Source: an uncultured bacterium (lineage in GTDB: Bacteria > Auribacterota > Erginobacteria > Erginobacterales > Erginobacteraceae). From it: 64,000 nt of DNA. The stretch is from the NCBI GenBank assembly GCA_963822585.1, contig CAWGIE010000010.1, forward strand, positions 32,001-96,000, given 5' to 3'. The notes under the pieces were generated by a model, which saw nothing but the letters and a program-made list of their open reading frames with translations, made no database searches and was not told the origin of the DNA. A program made the position numbers and the translations under genes. This document shows, in pieces, positions 58,372 through 64,000 of the stretch; position 1 is the stretch's first letter, and each line of letters opens with the position of its first letter.

Positions 58372-58448
58372 CGCTCCCGCGCCCGCAGGCTCTCTCCGCG
58401 GAGGCGGCTTCGCCGCCGAACGCTCGTTCGCTCTGCGGCCGCAATCGC
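58372..58448 (+). repeat. Island repeat R6
   Basis: Same core as R1-R5. Confidence 0.95.
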
Positions 58449-58584
58449 TTCGAAATTCCTATTGTGAGGATTGATCGAGAGGATTAAGATAAATTTTAGC
58501 CGGAAGTTTACGGTGGCCGCTTCATCCATGTTAATTATTTCAGAAAAGATGTTGCCTGATCTATAGGAGTAAATACGGGATAGC

Positions 58585-59574
58585 GTGACAAAGCGAAGAA
58601 AGAAATCTCGGCGATCAGGTGCTTACGGATCTCGTCAACGACATAATGCCCCAGCGCCAATGGGCATTAACGCCCTCGATAAGAAACTTGACACCATTGT
58701 CCAGGAGTCATTTCATGCCAAGATCCCACCGATCTTATATCACTACACGACTTGGGAAGGTGCGAGGGGCATTCTTATGAGCCGGCAGTTTTGGCACACA
58801 GAACACGCCTGCACAAACGATCCTGCCGAGCTCATAACAGCAGACGAAATCGTTACTAACGTTGCAATACAGCTTAGTCGAACAACAAACGGTCCTGCCC
58901 ATTATTTGCTTGATCAATTTATTGTGAACTATCCACGCATGAGGATTTCACAGATGACCCGAGTGTTCATCGCATGCTTCTCTAAGTCACGCGATAATAG
59001 GAAACAGTGGCGAGATTATGCGGCTAAGGGAAGTGGGCTATGCCTCGGAGTGAGTGTTCTCTCAGAGCGTACACCAATCAACGATGGACTTGTGCGTGCC
59101 CTTGTTCCGGTTGATTATTCAGTTGATTCATGGCAACAAAGAGTCAGTAAAAGCTTTTCTCAGATCTGCTCAGAAATAACATCTTTATCAGCAAGATATA
59201 ATCCTATACCGAAAATTGCCTTGGAATTGGGACTTAATGCGATTTTCAGAATTGCGGCTTTTGCTGCAGTTTCAGCCAAACAACCGCAATGGTCCGCCGA
59301 AGAAGAGTGGCGTCAAATTGTGGGCATCCAAAGAAAAGATGAAATTCAGCCAGATAAGAGGCAGGGATGCGGCAGGCCGATCCGGTATCTCAAGGTGTTT
59401 ATGCGCCAAAGCAGAAGACCTCTTGCGCTTGCGGAGATTATCATTGGTCCAAACCAAGACGAGAAGGCAGGGCGTGAAAGATTGGAGGCCCTATTAAACG
59501 AAGCTGGTTATCCCAATAAGTTCGCCCCTCTGCCGCAAATCTCTGCCTCGCACACTTTGACTGAATCCGAATAG
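58585..59574 (+). CDS. DUF2971 domain protein
   Basis: LYHYT, NDPAE, ACFS, QWRDYA..GSGLCLG, K...W..EEEWR, IIIGP; true start may be Met at MGINAL. Confidence 0.8.
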   Translation: MTKRRKKSRRSGAYGSRQRHNAPAPMGINALDKKLDTIVQESFHAKIPPILYHYTTWEGARGILMSRQFWHTEHACTNDPAELITADEIVTNVAIQLSRTTNGPAHYLLDQFIVNYPRMRISQMTRVFIACFSKSRDNRKQWRDYAAKGSGLCLGVSVLSERTPINDGLVRALVPVDYSVDSWQQRVSKSFSQICSEITSLSARYNPIPKIALELGLNAIFRIAAFAAVSAKQPQWSAEEEWRQIVGIQRKDEIQPDKRQGCGRPIRYLKVFMRQSRRPLALAEIIIGPNQDEKAGRERLEALLNEAGYPNKFAPLPQISASHTLTESE

Positions 59575-59650
59575 CTGCCGGCCGTCTAAACGAAAGTTAT
59601 AGTTGAGCTTTTCTTCAATTTCCATTCTTGCCAAATCACTCTAACCCTAA

Positions 59651-59726
59651 GCTCCTGCGCCCGCAGGCTCTCTCCGCGGAGGCGGCTTCGCCGCCGAACG
59701 CTCGTTCACTCTGCGAGCGCGTCCGC
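59651..59726 (+). repeat. Island repeat R7
   Basis: gctcctgcgcccgcaggctctctccgcggaggcggcttcgccgccgaacgctcgttcactctgcgagcgcgtccgc. Confidence 0.95.
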
Positions 59727-59825
59727 TTTCAATTTCTCCTTGTGAGAAATTGCTTTGGACTTTAAGATAGTTCTGTATGAATACATTCTGTTGACCTTCT
59801 AGACCACTCGGGAGAAGAAAAAAAT

Positions 59826-62237
59826 ATGAGCAGCGAGTATGAAGCTGGTAAACAAGCTATTGAAGGACTTGCAGCTTGGTACAAAAAAAACGTCGGGACT
59901 CGTAATGAAGCCACAACAAGGCTTCATCTCATAGACCAGTTACTTTTCGAATGCTTGCTTTGGGATAAACGAAGTGATTGTATCCCCGAGGAGAGATTTG
60001 ACGGTCGATACTCAGACTACACACTGTTGTGTCCTCGGAGAATACTTCTAGTTGAAGCTAAAAAAGAAGGTATTTATTTCGATATACCTTCAGGGCTTTC
60101 AAACCGCCAATATAAAATTCGAACGTTACTTAAAGACGTACCAAATTTAGGTGATGCTATTAAACAAGTAGCTAGTTATTGCCAAAGTCGGGGGGTTCCT
60201 TACGGAGCCGTGACAAATGGCTACCAGATTGTTGCATTCTTAGCAAGCCGAGATGATGGAATTCCTCCAGAAGAAGGAAGAGCTATTATCTTTGAGTCTA
60301 TTGATTCACTGGTCGAAGATTTTCAAACTCTTTGGAAAACCTTATCTAAGACTGGTGTTTCAGAGAGAAACCTTAGTAAGCTTCTTTTAAGTGCGGATAC
60401 TCCAATTCTCCCTAAGAAGCTTTCTGAATTGATATCTCCGTTTCCTGGTGTAAAGAACCGAAATGTAATCCAAACCGATCTGCAGATCCTATCAGATTTA
60501 ATTTTTGAGGACATAATCAGCTCTCCCGAGCTGGAAGACGAATTCTTAAAAAACTGTTACTGCAAGAGTGGAGCATTGTCTCAATATGCGCTGGTTAGCA
60601 AAGCTCTCCTTGCAAATAGGTATGCAGCTCTTTTTAAAGATATTCCCAAAGCACCGGTACTTCGTCCGGCTACAACAAAGAAGGGTATCTCAGAAGAACT
60701 TATTGCAGAAAGTTTTGCAAGACGCCCAGTTTTGCTGATTGGAGACGTGGGGGTGGGTAAAACCATGTTCTTCCGCCACTTCATTAAGATCGATGCAACA
60801 GATGTCTTTAGTAAAGCCATTGTTATCTATATTGATTTCGGGACGCAGGCTGCATTCTCTATGAGTATTGGTGAATATGTAACCGCAGATTTAGCACGTC
60901 AACTTCTGGAGGATCACGCCAAAGACATCTATGATAGGTCTTTCGTACGCTCTGTTTATCACGGAGAACTTCAGCGTTTTTCGAAAGGAATCCATGGATC
61001 ACTTAGAACAGTCGATCCGAAAGCATATGCAACTGAAGAGGTAGAATTCCTCAAAAGCAAACTTAATAATAACGAGACTTTTCTCAGAGATGCATTGCTT
61101 CATATCACCAAAGGGGAGCAGAAACAGATCGTCATATTTTTAGACAACGCAGATCAGCGTTCGGACGAAGTTCAACAGGAAGTATTCATCCTTTCCCAGA
61201 CGATTGCAGCTCAATGGCCAGTATCCGTATTTCTAGCCCTTCGACCTGAAACATTTCAACGTTCAAAAAAAAGTGGGAGTTTAAGTGCATATCACTTAAA
61301 AGCATTCACAGTATCTCCACCCCGAATTTCTGAAGTTCTATCGAAACGACTGATATTTGGGATGGAACTTACCTCTGGTCGTTTCCCCTTATCCACACTT
61401 GCTCCTGAGATAACAGTTGACTTTAATAAGGTCAAAATATTCTTATCTATTGTTAAGGATTCAATAGAGAGTTTAAGAGAGATTGTTGAAGCAATAGATA
61501 ACTTATCTGGCGGCAACGTTCGGTTGGCATTAGAGTCTGTGCGCAGACTCATTGGCAGTGGTCATATTGACACAAGAAAGATCCTAGAAAAATTTGAGAA
61601 ATCCGGCAGATACTTAATCCGTTTACATGAGTTTCTCAGAACTGTGATTTATGGAGATTGTGTGTACTTTGAACCAGATTCCTCATCTCTAGAAAATATT
61701 TTTGATATTATGGATCTTGACAGTAAAGAGCATTTTCTAGGGTTGATTATTCTGCAGTTTATTTTTTCGGAAGGGAAACGTTCTCGAACTCATGGTTTTG
61801 TTGATCTTGAAAATATTTATGATTTTGGTGGTGCTTTAGGTTTTCAGCCAAAAGCAATTGAATGGTGCCTTGAAAGATTTTGTTCGAAGCAATTACTTGA
61901 AACGGCTAATAGACTCAACCCGGCAAAAAATGGTATTTCCACTAGTGCAATCCGTATTACCACTATAGGGGCATACCACTTATTACGTTTCCCCGGTATG
62001 TTCCTGTATTATGATGCCATTGTCACCGATACACCTATATTAGAAGAAGAATATCGAACCAAGATTTGCGATGTTGCAGATATTGGAGATCGCCTAAATA
62101 GGTGTGAACTCTTTCTGGACTACCTTGATATTTCTTTTCGAGATCTAGATAGTGCCCGCTGTGGCTTGGAATGGAGAAAATTTAGTTCTCAAACTCGAGA
62201 GAATATTAATTACATTCGTACACGTGTGATACATTAA
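59826..62237 (+). CDS. Restriction endonuclease-like (HsdR-N type) domain fused to a P-loop NTPase; putative defence protein
   Basis: NEATTR...SDY...VEAKK...TNG; Walker A GDVGVGKT; Walker B IVIFLDNAD; AT-rich. Confidence 0.8.
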   Translation: MSSEYEAGKQAIEGLAAWYKKNVGTRNEATTRLHLIDQLLFECLLWDKRSDCIPEERFDGRYSDYTLLCPRRILLVEAKKEGIYFDIPSGLSNRQYKIRTLLKDVPNLGDAIKQVASYCQSRGVPYGAVTNGYQIVAFLASRDDGIPPEEGRAIIFESIDSLVEDFQTLWKTLSKTGVSERNLSKLLLSADTPILPKKLSELISPFPGVKNRNVIQTDLQILSDLIFEDIISSPELEDEFLKNCYCKSGALSQYALVSKALLANRYAALFKDIPKAPVLRPATTKKGISEELIAESFARRPVLLIGDVGVGKTMFFRHFIKIDATDVFSKAIVIYIDFGTQAAFSMSIGEYVTADLARQLLEDHAKDIYDRSFVRSVYHGELQRFSKGIHGSLRTVDPKAYATEEVEFLKSKLNNNETFLRDALLHITKGEQKQIVIFLDNADQRSDEVQQEVFILSQTIAAQWPVSVFLALRPETFQRSKKSGSLSAYHLKAFTVSPPRISEVLSKRLIFGMELTSGRFPLSTLAPEITVDFNKVKIFLSIVKDSIESLREIVEAIDNLSGGNVRLALESVRRLIGSGHIDTRKILEKFEKSGRYLIRLHEFLRTVIYGDCVYFEPDSSSLENIFDIMDLDSKEHFLGLIILQFIFSEGKRSRTHGFVDLENIYDFGGALGFQPKAIEWCLERFCSKQLLETANRLNPAKNGISTSAIRITTIGAYHLLRFPGMFLYYDAIVTDTPILEEEYRTKICDVADIGDRLNRCELFLDYLDISFRDLDSARCGLEWRKFSSQTRENINYIRTRVIH

Positions 62238-62341
62238 GGTAGAAATCCGGACTATAACTCTCAGAGCAAGCCTTATACCCGGAACAGCTGTTACGGGCCT
62301 ATAGACTATAAGTATTTTTACCCGCCTTCAGTATTTCCCTT

Positions 62342-63034
62342 TTAGGCTTCTTGATCACAAAGACCTCCCTCCAATATCCCGACAATCTTGAAGGTTTTAT
62401 GATTCTCCATCAGTGCCGGCGGCGTCCTCTCGACGTGTAGCTTCCCGCCCGGGCGCCGGAAGTTACTTTTCTCCCCACCTTTCTCCAGCCAGAGCTTGAC
62501 CCAGAGGCCCCGGACGGCCGGGCTGCAGACGGTTTTTCTCCGGGGATCCAGGACGTGAATGTAATCCTCTTCTGGAAATCCCAGGTATTCCTGAATGAGG
62601 ATTGCCATTAGCTGGGGGGCGTCGTAGGCGGTGCCGTCAAGGAGCTCGATTCTCCGGTAGATGACTTGCCGATCGGCGGCAGACTCGATCCGGAAATCCC
62701 GGTAACGGCAGACGATATAGACCTTGTCGGGATTGAGCTTCCCTTCCTCAAGCTTCAGGTAATCCGCCCGGGGCGCCGTGACGTTCCAGCAGACGCCATT
62801 CATCAGGTGAATGATGAAATGAGTGCTGTAAATCCGGGGAGAATTGGGAAACTTCCACCGCTGGAAGGCGATGATTGCCCGTTGCGCGGCCGATTCCATC
62901 CAGTTTGATGCCGGCCAGAGGACAGTCCGCCCGGGTGTCCAATTGATGATGTCCCCGAACAGCAGATCCCAGATCCCCAGCCGGCGAAATCCGGAATATG
63001 CCCGGATGATTTTCTTTTTCTTGAAAATTCCCAC
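62342..63034 (-). CDS. Hypothetical protein, possibly permuted papain-like NlpC/P60 (YiiX/YebB-like)
   Basis: His (YSTHF) precedes YD and Cys (VCS), then TP; GGAGG RBS before GTG. Confidence 0.55.
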   Translation of the reverse strand: MGIFKKKKIIRAYSGFRRLGIWDLLFGDIINWTPGRTVLWPASNWMESAAQRAIIAFQRWKFPNSPRIYSTHFIIHLMNGVCWNVTAPRADYLKLEEGKLNPDKVYIVCRYRDFRIESAADRQVIYRRIELLDGTAYDAPQLMAILIQEYLGFPEEDYIHVLDPRRKTVCSPAVRGLWVKLWLEKGGEKSNFRRPGGKLHVERTPPALMENHKTFKIVGILEGGLCDQEA

Positions 63035-63120
63035 TGGATGTTTTCCTCCCTACCTCTCCATCAATAGATGAAGTTCAAGGGTAGGGATTCAAAGTCCGGC
63101 TCGATCATGGACATAACCCA

Positions 63121-63180
63121 CTCCAGCGCCCGCAGGCTCTTTCCGCGGCGCCGTCTCCGTCGACGAAGCTCGTTCGCTCT
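63121..63180 (+). repeat. Island repeat R8 (degenerate)
   Basis: ctccagcgcccgcaggctctttccgcgg...gctcgttcgctct. Confidence 0.75.
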
Positions 63181-63301
63181 CCATTCGCATTCGGATCAGT
63201 TATCCTTGCAAGAAATATCTTCACTGGTTAGGATATTTCCGTTGAGGAGTTCATTGATAGCTACTCCAGTATATTGAAGTAAATCCGTGTAACTAACATT
63301 C

Positions 63302-64000
63302 ATGTCTAAGAGAATGAACGCAAGATTCGAATATAAGTACTCAATTGATCAATGCGATGTTCTTGACAAGGGTAAGTTCAAAGAATTTCGGAAAAAGCGC
63401 CGTCAATGGTTGGAATGGTTGGACGGTGACGACCCTCACTCAATAAGCAAACAGATTTATTCTATGCTCTGGGATTATGCCCTATTTATAACTGTGAATG
63501 AGTTAAGAAAAACGCAGCTAGAAAGCCTGATAATGGAGTAGGTTTCAACACGCCAGTAATGCGTCTTTTTGATGTCGGATTCGCTACGTTGCAAGCAACA
63601 ACTATTAGAAGACTCATTGAGAAGCCGAAAAGTAATCCCAGATGGGCTGTTATTTCATTAAGAGAGACGAGAAGACATTAGCGACAATCTAGATCTAATA
63701 ACGCGTGAAAATTATGTATGCTGTGATGGATTACCGTATGACTACGATTTGCTTCAGCAAAAGTGGCTTTCATCTTTATCCATTCCCGAGAGTGGTGTTC
63801 ATGTGGGTTCTCTACCAACACAAGGACCAAATGGTTGGCCAATGGCTGAGAGAGCTCACAAGGACTTTGACATGTTGACACAAGTGCAACCTAAAAACCG
63901 GACGAGAGAAGATCATATTCAGATTGATGTTCTGAAAAATTTGGAAACTGAAGTTGAAAAATGTAAAAATATTAAGAAGTATGTTGACAAATTCATAGCA
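63302..64000 (+). pseudogene. HEPN/AbiU2-like gene split by two frameshifts, running off the window
   Basis: Pieces ...LWDYALFITVNELR / FNTPVMRLFDVGFATLQATTIRRL...VISLR / ITRENYV...IKKYVDKFIA lie in successive frames. Confidence 0.55.

Noticed and set aside
57467..58448. CRISPR array
   Set aside because: Repeats are ~77 bp, spacers are ~190-290 bp with two of them identical, and no cas genes are present
57346..58529. Small minus-strand ORFs containing AAAERTSVRRRSRLRGE
   Set aside because: They are translations of the island repeat with unrelated flanks
51488..63180. Island repeats as canonical attC sites
   Set aside because: GCCGAAC and GTTCGC are only 4 nt apart, there are no L boxes or extrahelical-base pattern, and cassette ends are not complementary as they are at 41.5-43.1 kb

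Overview
High-GC bacterial chromosomal window. The gene order rpmE-prfA-prmC-murA-ffh-rpsP-khpA-trmD-rplS-rnhB without rimM resembles PVC-related lineages (inference only). Bases 1-17 kb are mostly core genes (Na/Pi cotransporter, cation antiporter, CBS protein, polA, coaE, rho, translation cluster). Bases 17-40 kb hold metabolic and envelope genes, tRNA-Arg(TCT) and tRNA-His(GTG), with intergenic DNA unusually rich in palindromes, paired microsatellites, REP-like and MITE-like elements. At 41.5-43.1 kb there is a three-cassette integron-type array (putative attI, one good attC, two damaged attC, no integrase seen). An APC/KimA-like permease and the aceE-aceF-lpdA operon follow. The most striking feature is 51.5-64 kb: eight same-orientation copies of a ~77-bp, highly foldable repeat that is neither a canonical attC nor a CRISPR repeat. 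These copies divide a mostly AT-richer island into cassette-like units carrying Fic, nuclease-like, AbiE-like, zinc-ribbon, DUF2971, nuclease-NTPase, permuted NlpC/P60-like and HEPN-like genes. This may be an undescribed repeat-delimited defence cassette array. Several genes are frameshifted, which could be assembly error or true decay.
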